From the human T2T-CHM13v2.0 reference genome, Homo sapiens, in NCBI RefSeq assembly GCF_009914755.1, contig NC_060944.1: 64,000 nucleotides of DNA; one strand, 5' to 3'. Positions 29,121 to 42,400 of the stretch are shown piece by piece. The position numbers and the translations under genes were made by a program. The notes under the pieces are model-generated. The model searched no databases. It was given only the letters and a program-made list of their open reading frames with translations, and was not told the origin of the DNA. Position 1 is the stretch's first letter, and the number at the start of each line of letters is the position of its first letter.

Positions 29121-30469
29121 GTATGGAATGGAATGGAATCAATCCGACTTGTATTGAAAGGAATATGTTGGAATAGAATGGAATGGAATGGAATGAAATG
29201 TAATAGAATAGAAACGCATGACAAAAACACGAGGGGAATGGAATGGATTGGAATGGAATGGAATGGAATGGAATGAAATGGAATGGCGTGTAATGGAATG
29301 GAATGGAATGGAATGGAATAAACATGAGTGGAATGCAATGGAATGGAACAGAATGGAAAGGAATGGAATGGAATCAACGCGATTGCCAGGGAATGGAATG
29401 GAACGGAATGGAATGGAATCAAGCGGAGTGGAATGCAATGGAATGGAAGGGATTGGGATAGAATGGAATGGAATGGAATGGAAGGAATTGAAAGGAATGG
29501 AATCAATCCGACAGGAATAGAAAGGAATGGAATACAATGAAATGGAATGGAATGGCATGGAATGGAATGGAATCAACCCGAGTGGAATGGAATGGAATGG
29601 AATGCAATGGAATGGAATGGAATAGAATGGATTTCAATGGAATGGAATCACCCCGAGTGGAATGGAAAGAATGGAATGCAATGGAATTGAATGCATTGGA
29701 ATGGAATGGAATGGAATGGAATCAACCCGAGTGGAATGGAATTGAATGGAATGGAATGGAATGCAAAGGAATGCAATCAAACCGAGTGGAACAGAGTAGA
29801 ATGGAACGGAAGGGAATGGAATGGAATAAACTGCAGTGGAATGGATTGGAATGGAATGGAGTGGAGTTGAACGGAATGGAATGGATGTAATGGAATGGAT
29901 TGGATTGGAATGGAATCAAACCGATTGAAAATGAGTGGAATGGAATAGAATGGAATGGAATGGAAAGAAACGGATTGGAATGCACTGGACTGGAAAGAAA
30001 TGGAACTGAATGGAATGGAATGGAAAGGAATGGAAAGCAATGGAATGGAATGGAATGGAATTTAATGGAATGGAATGGAATTTATTGGAATGGAATGGAA
30101 TGGAATGGAATGGAATGGAATGGAATTTAATGGAATGGAATGGAATGGAATCAACCCGAGTGGTATGCAATGGAGTGGAATGGAATGGAATGGAATGGAA
30201 TCAACCCGAGTGTTATGCAAAGGAGTGGAATGAAATGGAATGGGATGGAATGCAGTCAACACGAGGGGAATGGAATGGATTGTAATGGAATGGAATGGAA
30301 TGGAATGGAATGGAATGGAATCAAACCGAGTGGAATGCAATGGAATGGAATCAACCTGAGTGGAATGGAATGGAATGGAATGGAATGGAATGGAATGGAA
30401 TGGAATGGAATGGAATGGAATGGAATTGAGTGGAATCAACACGAGTGGAATGGAATGGAAAGGAATGTA

Positions 30470-33400
30470 ATGGAGTGGAATGCAATGGCATGGAATGGAA
30501 TGGAATGGAGTGCAAAGGAATAGAATGGAATGGAATTGAATGGAATTGATTGGAATGCGATGGAACGGAATGGAAAGGAAACTCCTGAAATGCAAAGGAA
30601 TAGAATGGAATGCAATGGAATGGACTGGAATGGAATGGAATCAACCCGAGTGGAATGGAATGGAAAGGAACGGAATGGAATGGAAAGGAATTGAATGGAA
30701 AGGAACTGAATGGAATGGAATGGAATAGAGTGGAATGGAATGGCATGAAATGGAATGGAATCAATGCGAGTGTATTGCAATGGAATGGAATGGAATGGAA
30801 TGGAATGGAATGGAATGGCATGAAAAGGAATGGAATCAATGCAAGTGTAATGCAGTGGAATGGAATGGAATGGAATGGAATGGAATGGAATGGAATGGAG
30901 TGGAATCAACTGGAATGGAATGTAATGGAACGGAATGGAATGGAATTGAATGGAATGGAATCAACTAGAATGGAAAGGAATGGAATGCAATGGAACGCAA
31001 TGGAATGGACTGGAATGGAATCCACCCGTGTGGAATGTAATGCAAAGGAATGGAAAGGAATGGAATGGAATCAACAAAAGTGTAATGGAAGGGAACGGAA
31101 TAGAATGGGATGGAAAGCAATGCAGTCAACCCGAATGGAATCGAATGGAGTGGAATCTAATGGAATGGAATGGAATGGAATGGAATGAGATAGAATGGAA
31201 TCAAACCGAGTGGAGTGGAATGGAATTGAATGTAATGGAATGGAATAAATTGGAAGGGAAAGGAATGGAATGGAACGGAATGGAATCAACCACAGTGGAA
31301 TGGAATTGAACGGAATGGAATGGAATGGAATCAACCCGAATGGAATGGAATTGAATGGAATGGAATGGAATGGAATCAACCCGAGTGGAATGGAATGGAA
31401 TGGAAGTGAAAGGAATTAACCCGAGTGACATGGAATGGAAAGGAACGGAAAGGAATATAATGGAATGGAATGGAATGGAATGGAATGGAAGGGAATGGAA
31501 TGGAATGGAATGGAATGGAATGCAAAGGAATGGAAAGGAATGGAATGGAATGGAATGGAATGGAGTCAATGCAAGTGTAATTGAATGGAATGGAATGGCA
31601 TGGAATGGAATGGAATGGAGTGGAATGGAATGCAATGGAATTGATTTGAATGGAATGGAATCAACTGGAATGGAATGCAATGGAATGGAATTGAATGGAA
31701 TGGAATCAACAAGAATGGAAAGTAATGGAATGCAGTGGAATGGAGTGGAATGGAATCAACCCGTGTGGAATGTAATGCAAAGGAATGGAATGGAATGGAA
31801 TGGAATCAACAAAAGTGGAATGAAAGGGAATGGAATAGAATGGAATGGAATGGAATGGAAAGAAATGGAGTCAACACGAATGGAATCGAATAGAATGGAA
31901 TGCAAAGGAATGGAATGGAATGGAATGGAATGGAATGCAATGGGTTGGGATAGAAAGGAAAGTAACCGAGTGGAGTGGAATGGAATTGAATGGAATGGAA
32001 TGGAATTAATTGGAATGGAAAGGAATGGAATGGAATGGAATGGAATGGAATCAACCAGAGTGGAATGGAATTGAATGGAATGCAATGGAATGGAATAAAT
32101 TGGAATGGAAAGGAATGGAATGAAATGGAAAGGAATCAACCTGAGTGGAATGGAATTGAATGGAATGGAATGGAATGGAATCAAACCGAGTGGAGTGGAA
32201 GGGAATTGAATGGAATGGAATGGAATGAATTGCAATGGAAAGGAATGAAATGGAATGGAATGGAATGGAATGGAATGGAATGGAATGGAATGGAATGGAA
32301 TCAACCCAAGTGGAATGGAATGGAATGGAATCGGATAGAATGGAATCAAACCGAGTGGAGTGCAATGGAATTGAATGTAATGGAATGGAATAAATTGGAA
32401 TGGAAAGGAATGGAATGGAATGGAGTGGAATCAACAAGAGTGGAATGGAATTGAATGGAATGGAATGGAATGGAATCAACCAAAGTGGAATGTAATGAAA
32501 TGGAATTGAATGGAATTACCCCGAGTGAAAAGGCATGGAAAGGAACGGAACTGAATTTAATGGAATAGAATGGCATGCAATGGAATCAACCCGAGTGGAA
32601 TGGAATGGCATGAAATGGAATGCAATGCAATGGAATGGAACCAATAAGAGTGGAATGGATTGGAATGGAATGAAAGGGAATGGAATCAACCCAAGTGGAA
32701 TGGAATGGAATGGAATGGAATGGAATGGAATTGAATGGAATGGAATGGAATGGAATGCAATGGAATGGAATGGAATACACCAGCGTGGAATGGAATAGAA
32801 TGGAATGGAATGGATTGGAATCAACCACAGTGGAATGGAATGGAATGGAAAGGAATGGAGTGGAATGAAATCAACCCGAGTGGAATGGAATGGAATGGAA
32901 TGGGATGGAATAGAATGAAATGGAGTGGATTGGAATCAATCTGAGAGGAATGGAACGGAATGGAAAGGAATGGAATTGAAGAGAATGGAATGGAATGGAA
33001 TGGAATGGAATGGAATGGAATGGAATCAACCAGAGTGGAATTGACTGTAATGGACCGGAATGGAATGGAATGGAATGGAATGGAATGGAATGGAATCAAC
33101 CAGAGTGGAATTGACTGTAATGGACCGGAATGGAATGGAATGCAATGGAATGGAATGGAATGGAATGGATTGGAATGGAATGGAATGGAATAAAACCGAG
33201 TAGAATGCAATGGAAGGGAATGGAATCGAATGGAATGGAATGGCATTGAACGGAATCAACACGAGTGGAATGGAACGGAATGGATTGGAGTGGAAAGGAA
33301 TAAACCCCAGTGGAATGTAATGTAATGTAATGGAATGGAATGGAGTAGAATGAACCCGAGTGGAATGGAATGGTATGGAATGAAATGGAATGGAATGGAA

Positions 33401-36400
33401 TGGTATGGAACGGAATGGAATGGAATGGAAAGGAAAGGAATGCAATGGAATCAAAGCAAGAGGAATGGAATGGAATGTAAAGGAATGCATTGGTATTCAA
33501 TAGAATCAACCCGAGTGGAATGGAATGGAAAGGTATTGAACGGAATGGAATGGAATGGAATAGAGTCCAATCCAGTGTAAAGGAATGGAATGGAATGGAA
33601 TGGAATGGAATGGAATGGAATGGAATGGAATGGAATGAAAAGGAAAGGAATGCAATGGAATCAAAGCGAGAAGAATGGAAAGGAATGTAAAGGAATGGAG
33701 TGGTATTCAATAGAATCAACCCGAGTGGAATGGAATGGAAAGGTATTGAACGGAACGGAATGGAATGGAATAGAATCCAATCCAGTGTAAAGGAAAGGAA
33801 CGGAATGGAATGCAATGGAATGGAATGGAATGGAATGGAATGGAATGGAATGGATTGGAGAGGAATGGAATCAACCCGAGTGGAATGGAATGGAATGGAA
33901 TGGAATGGAATGGAATGGAATGGAGTGGAATGTAATGGAATAGAAAGGAGTGGAATCAACCCGAGTGGAATGGAATGGTATGGAGTGAAATGGAATGGAA
34001 TGGAATGATACGGAATGTAATGGAATGGAATGGAAAGGAAAGGAATGCAATGGAATCAAAATGAGTGGAATGGAATGGAATGGAAAGGAATGGAGTGGAA
34101 TTCAATAGAATCAACCCTAGTGGAATGGAATGGAAAGGAATTGAATGGAATGGAAAGGAATGGAATGGAATTCAATCCAGTGTAAAGGAATGGAATGGAA
34201 TGGAATGGAATGGAATGGAATGGAATGGAATAAATTCGAATGGAATGGAATGGAATGGAATGGAATGGAATAAATTTGAATGGAATGGAATGGAATGAAA
34301 AGTAATATAATGGAAATGAATGGAATCCACCCGAATGGAAAGCAAAGGAATGGAATGGAATGGAATGGAATGGAATGGAATGGAATGGAATGGAATGGAG
34401 TCCACCCGAGTGGAATGGAATGGAATACAGTGGAATGGAATGGAATGGAATGGAATGGAATGGAATGGAATGGAATCAACTCGAGTGGAACGGAAAGGAA
34501 TGGTATGGAATGGAATGGAAAGGAAAGGAATGGAATCAACAAGACAAGAATAGTATCCAAAAGACTGGAATGAACATGTGCAATGGAATGGAATGGAATG
34601 AAATGGTATCAACCCGGTTGGAATGTAATGGAATGGAATGGAATGGAATCAGTCCGAGTGGAGTGGATTGGAATGGAATGGACTTTAATTGAATCAGCCA
34701 GACCGGAATGGATTTGAATGGAATGGATTGAAATGGAATGGAATGGAATGGAATGGAATGCAATGGAATGGAATTGAATTGATTGGAATGCAATGGAATG
34801 GAATGGAATGGAATCACCACGATTGAAATGCAATGGAATGGAATGGAATTGAATCACCACGATTGGAATGGAATGGAATGGAATGGAATGGAATGGAATG
34901 GATTCAACCCGAGTGCAATGGAATGGATTGGAATGGAATGGAATCAACCCGATTGGAATGGAATGGAAAGGAATGGAATGCCGTCAACCCAAGCGGAATG
35001 TAATGTAATGGAATGGAAATGAATGGAATGGAATGGAATCAACCAGAATGGAATGGAATGGAATGGAGTGGAATAGAAAGGAATATAATTGAATGGAGTG
35101 GAATGGAAAGGAATGGAATGGAATTGAAAGAACCCGAATGGAATGCAATGCAGTGGAAAGGAATGGATTGGAATCAACCCAATTGGAATGGAATGGAATG
35201 GAATGGAATGGAATGGAATGGAATGGAATGGAATGGAGTGGAATACAATGGAATGGAATCGAATCAACACGACTGGAATGGAATGGAATGGAATGGAGAG
35301 AAATGGAATGGAAGCGAATTAAATCCTGCAGAGTGGAATGGAACAGAATGGAGTGGAATGGAATGCAATTGAAGGGAATGGAATCAACTCCAGTGGAATT
35401 GAATGGAATCGAAAGGAATGGAAGGTTGTGTAATGGAATGGAATGGAAGGGAATGGAATCAAAACTAGTGAAAAGGAATGGAATGGAAAGGAATGGAATG
35501 GAATGCAACGGAAACAACCCGAGTAGAATGGAATGGAATGGAAAGGAATGGAATGGAATGGAACGGAAAGGAATGGGATGGAATGGAATGGAATGGAATC
35601 AAACCGACTGGAATGGAATGGAATGGAGTGGAATGGAATGGAATTTAATACAATTAAATTTAATAGAATTAACCCCAGTGGAATGGAAAGGAAGGGAACG
35701 GAATGGAATGGAATGAAACAAAACGGAATGGAATAGAATGCAATTGAATGGAATAAACCCGGACAGAATGGACTACAATGGAATGGAGTGGAATGGAATG
35801 GAATCAAACGAAGTGGACACGAATGGAATGCAAATAATGGAATAGAATGGAATAGAATGGAAATTTATGGGATGGATTGGAAATGAATAAACCGGAGTGG
35901 AATAGAAAATAATGGAATCGAATGGAATCAAACCGAGTGGAGTGGAATGGACTGAAATCGAATGGAAAGGAATGGAATGGAATGGAATGGAATGGAATGG
36001 AATGGAATGGAATGGAATCACCCGGAGTGGAATGGAATGGAATGGAATGGATCACCCAGAGTGGAATGGAATGGAATGGGTGACAACAACCCGAGTGGAC
36101 TGGAACGGAATGGAATGGAATGGAATGGAATGGAATGGAATGGAATGGATTGGAATGGAATGGAATGGAGTCAACCTGATTGCAATGGAATGGATTGGAA
36201 TGAAATGGATTGGAATGTAATGGAATGGAATGGAATGTAATCGAATGGAATGGAATGGAATCAACACGAGTGGAATAGAAAAGAATGGAATGGAAAGGAA
36301 TGTAACGGATTGGAATGGAATGGAATCAACGCGAGCTGAATGGAATGGAAAGGAATGGAATGGAACTGAATCATAAAGAGGGGAATGGAATTGAATGGAA

Positions 36401-39400
36401 TGCAAAGGGATGGAAAGGAATGGAATGGAATGGAATGGAATGGAATGGAATGGAATGGAATGGAATGGAATGGAATGGAATGGAATAGAATGGATTCCAA
36501 CCGAGTGGAAAGGAATGGAATGGAGTGGAAGGGAATGGAATTGATTGGAATGGAATTGAATGGAATCAACCCGAGTTGAATGGAATGGAATGGTATGGAA
36601 TGGAATGGAATGGAATGGAATGGAATTTAATGGAATGGATGGAATGGAAACAACCCGGGTGGAATGGAATGGAATGGAATGGAATGGAATGGAATGGAAT
36701 GGAATAGAATCAACGTGATTCGAATGGAATGGAATGCAATGGAATGGATTGGAATGGAATCAACCCGAATGTATTGGAATGGAATGGAATGGAATGGAAT
36801 CAACACGAGTGGAATTGAATGGAATGGAACGAAATGGACGAAAATCAGCCCGATAAGAATGGAATTAAATGGAATGGAAAGAAATGCAATGGAATGGAAT
36901 GGAATGGAATGGAATGGTATGGAATGGATTGGAATGGAATGGAATCAACACGATTGGAATGGAGTGGAAAAGAATGGAATGCAATGGAATGGAATGGAAT
37001 GAAATGGAATGGAATGAAGTGGAAACAATCCGCGTGGAATGGAATAGAATAGAATGGAAACAAACCGAGTGGAATGGAATGGAATTGAATGGAAAGGAAT
37101 CAACCTGTATGGAATTGAATGGAATAGATTGGAATGGAATCAAGACGTTTGGAATGGAATGGAGTTTAATGGTATGGAATGGATAGGAATGGAATGCAAT
37201 GGCATGGAATGGAATGGAGTGGAGTGCAACGGAATAGAATGGAATGGAAATGAATGGAATTGATTGGAATGCGATGGAAAGGAATGGAAAGGAAACTCCT
37301 GAAATGCAAAGGAATAGAATGCAATGCAATGGAATGGACTGGAATGGAATGGAATCAACCCGAGTGGAACGGAATGGAAAGGAACCCAATGGAATGGAAT
37401 GGAATTGAATGGAAAGGAACTGAATGGAATGGAATGGAATACAGTGGAATGGAATGGCATGAAATGGAATGCAATCAATGCGAGTGTAATGCAATGGAAT
37501 GCAATGGAATGGAGTGGAATGTAATGGCATGAAAAGGAATGGAATCAATGCAAGTGTAATGGAATGGAATGGAATGGAGTGGAATGGAATGGAATGGAAT
37601 GGAAAGGAGTGGAATCAACTGGAATGGAATGGAATGGAACGGAATGAAATGGAATTGAATGGAATGGAATCAACCAGAATAGAAAGGAATGGAATGGAAT
37701 GGAACGCAATGGAATGGACTGGAATGGAATCAACCGGTGTGGAATATAATGCAAAGGAATGGAATGGAATGGAATGGAATCAACAAAAGTGTAATGGAAT
37801 GGAACAGAATGGAATGGGATAGAATGGAATCAAACCGGGTGGAGTGGAATGGAATTGAATGTAATGGAATGGAATAAATTGGAAGGGAAAGGAATGGAAT
37901 GGAACGGAATGGAATCAACCACAGTGGAATGGAATTGAATGGAATGGAATGGAATGGAATCCACCCGAATGGAATGGAATTTAATGGAATGGAATGGAAT
38001 GGAATCAACCCGAGTGGAATGGAATGGAATGGAATGGAATGCAATGGAATTAACCTGAGTAACATGGAATGGAAAGGAACGGAATGGAATATAATGGAAT
38101 GGAATGGAATGGAATGGAATGCAAAGGAATGGAAAGGAATGGAATGGAATGGAATGGAATGGAATGGAGTCAATGCAAGTGTAATTGAATGGAATGGAAT
38201 GGAATGGAATGGAATGGAATGGAATGGAGTGGAATGGAATGGAATGGAATGGAATGGAATGGAGTGGAATGGAATGGAATGGAATTGATTTGAATGGAAT
38301 GGAATCAACTGGAATGGAATGCAATGGAATGGAATGGAATGGAATGGAATCAACTAGAATGGAAAGGAATGGAATGGAATGGAATGGAAAGGAATGTAAT
38401 GGAATGACATGGAATCAACCTGAGTGGAATGTAATTGAATGGAATGGAATGGAATGGAATCAAACCGAGTGGAAAGGAATTGAATGGAATGGAATGATAT
38501 GGAATCAACCCGAGGGGAGTGGAATGGAATGGAATTGAATGGAATTAACCCGAGTGAAATGGAATGGAAAGGAACGGAATGGAATTTAATGGAATGGAAT
38601 GGAATGGAATGCAAAGGACGGAAACAAATGGAATAGAATGGAATGGAAAGGAATGGATTGTAGTGGAATGGAATGGAATGGAATGGAATGGAATGGAATG
38701 GAATGGAATGGAACGGTATGGTATCAATGCAAGTGTAATTGAATGGAATGGAATGGAATGGAATGGAATGGAGAGGAATGGAATGGAATTGATTTGAATG
38801 CAATGGAATCACCTGGAATCGAATGGAATGGGAGGGAATCAACTAGAATGGAAAGGAATGGAATGGAATGGAATGCAGTGGAATGGAATGGAATGGAATC
38901 AACCCGTGTGGAATGTAATGCAAAGGAATCAAATGGAAAGGAATGGAATCAACAAAAGTGTAATGGAAGGGAATGGAATAGAATGGAATGGAATGGAATG
39001 GAAAGCAATGGAGTCAACCCGAATGGAATCGAATGGAATGGAATGCAACGGAATGGAAAGGAATAGAATGGAATGGGATGGAATGGAATCAAACCGAGTG
39101 GAGTGGAAGGGAATTGAATGGAATGGAATGGAATAAATTGGAATGGAAAGGAATGGAATGGAATGGAATGGAATGGAATGGAATGGAATGGAATCAACCC
39201 GAGTGGAATGGATTGGAATGGAATGGAATGGAATGGAATGGAATGGAATGGAATCAAACCGAGTGGAGTGCAATGGAATTGAATGTAATGGAATGGAATA
39301 AATTGGAATGGAAAGGAATGGAATGGAATGGAGTGGAATCAACCAGAGTGGAATGGAATTGAATGGAATGGAATGGAATGGAATCAACCCGAGTGGAATG
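30470..39400 (+). repeat. Dispersed direct repeat ~30470-32480 and ~37190-39400 (offset 6.6-6.9 kb)
   Basis: ACTCCTGAAATGCAAAGG 30581/37295, GTCAATGCAAGTGTAATTG ~31565/38169, CAAACCGAGTGGAGTGCAATGG 32347/39255. Confidence 0.8.
33020..33850 (+). repeat. Short tandem duplications: 70 bp x2 (33027/33097) and 210 bp x2 (~33430-33850)
   Basis: CAACCAGAGTGGAATTGACTGTAATGGACCGG at 33027 and 33097; TGGTATTCAATAG 33491/33701 and TCCAGTGTAA 33571/33781. Confidence 0.85.
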
Positions 39401-42400
39401 GATTTGAATGGAATGGAATGGAATGGAAACAACCCGAGTGGAATGGAATAGAATGCAATAGAATGGTATGGAATGGAATGGAATAGAATGGAATACAATG
39501 GAATCAAAACGAGTGGAATGGAATGGAATGGAATGAAATGGATTGGAAACAAACCGAGTGGAATGGAATGCAATGGAATGGAATGGAATGGAATGCAATG
39601 GCATAGAATGGAATCGAATGGAATGGAATGGAATGGAATGGAATGGAATGGCATGGCATGGCATGGAATGGACTGGAATGGAATGGAATGGAATCGATTG
39701 GAATGCGTTGGAATGTAATCGAATGGAATCAACTGGAATGGAAGGGAATGGAATGGAATGGAATCAGTTAGATTGGAATGGCATGGAATAGAATGGAATG
39801 CAATGGAATGTTATGGCATGGAATCAACCCGTGTGGAATGTAATGCAAAGGAATGGAATGGAATAGAATCAACCAACGTGGAATGGAAGGGAATGGAATA
39901 GAATGCAAGGGAGTAGAATGGAATGCAATGGAGTCAACCCAAATGGAATCGAATGGAATGGAATGCAATGGAATGGAATGAAATGGAATCGAATGGAATG
40001 GAATGAAATGGAATGGAATGCAATGGAATGAGATGGGATGGAATGGAATTAAAAAGAGTGGAGTGGAATGGAATGGTATGGAATGGAATGGAATAAATTA
40101 GAATGGAATGGAATGCAATGCCATGGAACGGAATCAACCCCGTGTGGAATGGAATGGAATGGAATGGCATGGAAAGCAAATGAATGGAATGGAATCAACC
40201 AGAGTGCAATGGAGTGGAGTGGAATGGAATGGAATGGAATGGAATGGAATGGAATGGCATGGAAAGCAATTGAATGGAATGGAATCAACCAGAGTGCAAT
40301 GGAGTGGAATGGAATGGAATGGAATGGAATCAACCTGAGTGAAATGGAATGGAAAGTTACGGAATGGAATGGAATGGAATGGAATGGAATGGAATGGAAT
40401 TAACCCGAGTAGAATGGCATGGAATGGAATGGAATGGAATGGAATGGAATGGAATGGAATGGAATGCATTTCAATGGAATGGAATGGAATGTAGTCAACG
40501 CGAGTGGAATGGATTGGAATGGAATGGAAGGGAATGGAATGGAATGGAATCAACCCGAGGGGAATGGATTGGAGTGGAATGGAATGGAATGGCTAGGAAC
40601 GGAATGGAATGGAGTGGAATGGAATGGAGTGGAATAGAATGGAATTCAATGGATAGGTATGGAAGGGAATCGAGTGGAATGGAATGGCATGGAAGAGAAT
40701 GGAAGGAATTGAAAGGAATCAAGCCGAGTGGAATCGAAAGGAATGGAATGGAATTGAATGAAATGGAATGGAATTCACTAAACAAGATTGGAATGCAATG
40801 CAATGGAACGGAATGAAATGGAATGGAAAGGAATGGAATGGAATCCAAGCGATGGGAAAGGAATGCAATGGAATAAAATGGAATGGAATCCACCTGAGTG
40901 AAATGGAATGGAATGGAATAGAGTGGAATCAACCCAAGTGGAATGGAATCGAATTGAATGGAATGGATTGGAATGGAATGGAATGGAATGGAATGGAATT
41001 ACCCCGAGTGAAATGGCATGGAAAGGAACGGAATAGAATTTAATGGAATAGAATGGAATGGAATGGAATCAATCCGAGTGGAATTGAATGGAATGAAATG
41101 GAATGCAATGGAATGGAATGGAACCAATAAGAGTGGAATGGATTGGAATGGAATGGATTGGAATGAAAGGGAATGGAATCAACCCGATTGGAATGGAATG
41201 GAATGGAATAGAATGGAATGGAATGGAATGGAATGGAATGGAATACACAAGAGTGGAATGGAATAGAATGGAATGGAATGGAGTGGAATCAACCCCAGTG
41301 GAATAGAATGGAATGGAATGGAATGGAATGGAATGGAATGGAATGGAAACAAAACGAATGGAATTGAATGGAATGGAACGGAATGGAATAGATTGGAATC
41401 CAACCGAGTGGAATATAATGTAATGGAATGGTATGGAATGCAATGGCATAGCATGGAATGCAATGGAATAGAGTGCAATGGAATGAAATGGAATGGAATT
41501 GAATGGAATGGATTCGAATGCATTCGAATGGAATCGAATGGAATCAAGTGGAATGGAAAGGAATGGAATGGAATCAATTAGATTGGAATGGAATGGAATG
41601 GAATGGATTGCAATGGAATGTAATGGAAAGGAATCAACCCGTGTGGAATTTAATGGAAAGGAATGCAATGGAATGGAATGGAATCAACAAAAGTGGAATG
41701 GAAGGGAATGGAAAAGAATGGAAGGGAAAGGAATGGAATGCAATGGAGTCAACCTAAATGGAATCGAATTGAATGGAATGCAATGGAATAGAATGAAATG
41801 GAACGGAATCGAATGGAATGGGATGGGATGGAATGGAATTACACCGAGTGAAGCGGAATGGAATTGAATGGAATGGCATGGAATAAATTGGAATGGAATG
41901 GAATGGAATGCAATGGAATGGAATCAAACCGTGTGGAATGGAATGGAGTGGAAAGCAATTGAATGGAATGGAATCAACCAGACTGGAATGGAATTGAATA
42001 GAATGGAATGGAATGGAATCAACCAGAGTGCAATGGAATGGAATGGAAACAACCCGAGTGAAATGGAATGGAAAGCTACGGAATGAAATGATTTGAAATC
42101 AAACCGAGTGCAATGGAATGGAAGGCATGGAATGGAATGGAATGGAAAGGAATGGAACGGAATGAAATCAACCCGAGTGGAATGGAATGGAATGGAATGG
42201 AATGGAATGGAATGGAATGGGATGGAATAGAATGGAATGGAGTGGATTAGAATCAATCTGAATGGAATGGAAAGGAATGGAAAGGAATGGAAAGGAATGC
42301 AATGGAATGGAATGGAATGGAATGGAATGGCATAGAATCAACCAGAGTGGAATGGAGTGGAATGGAACAGAATGGAATGGAATGGAATGGAATAAAACCG

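Larger units (their letters stand above)
1..29170 (+). repeat. HSat3 left domain (marker family CA[T/A]ACTGTGTGG, CCGACTGGTATTG, CAAACCGTTTGG, CATCAAGACTG)
   Basis: CA[T/A]ACTGTGTGG at 101, 546, 1741, 4545, 7639, 8439, 16193, 17023, 19988, 20818, 24988, 26486, 29100. CCGACTGGTATTG-like words at 145, 7174, 8048, 15752, 16627, 19542, 20422, 24517, 26011, 26920, 28669, 29144. I saw neither word after about 29170. Confidence 0.75.

Noticed and set aside
34541-34580. Possible foreign insertion
   Set aside because: It is short, has no target-site duplication or TE hallmark, and can be parsed as mutated pentamers and decamers.
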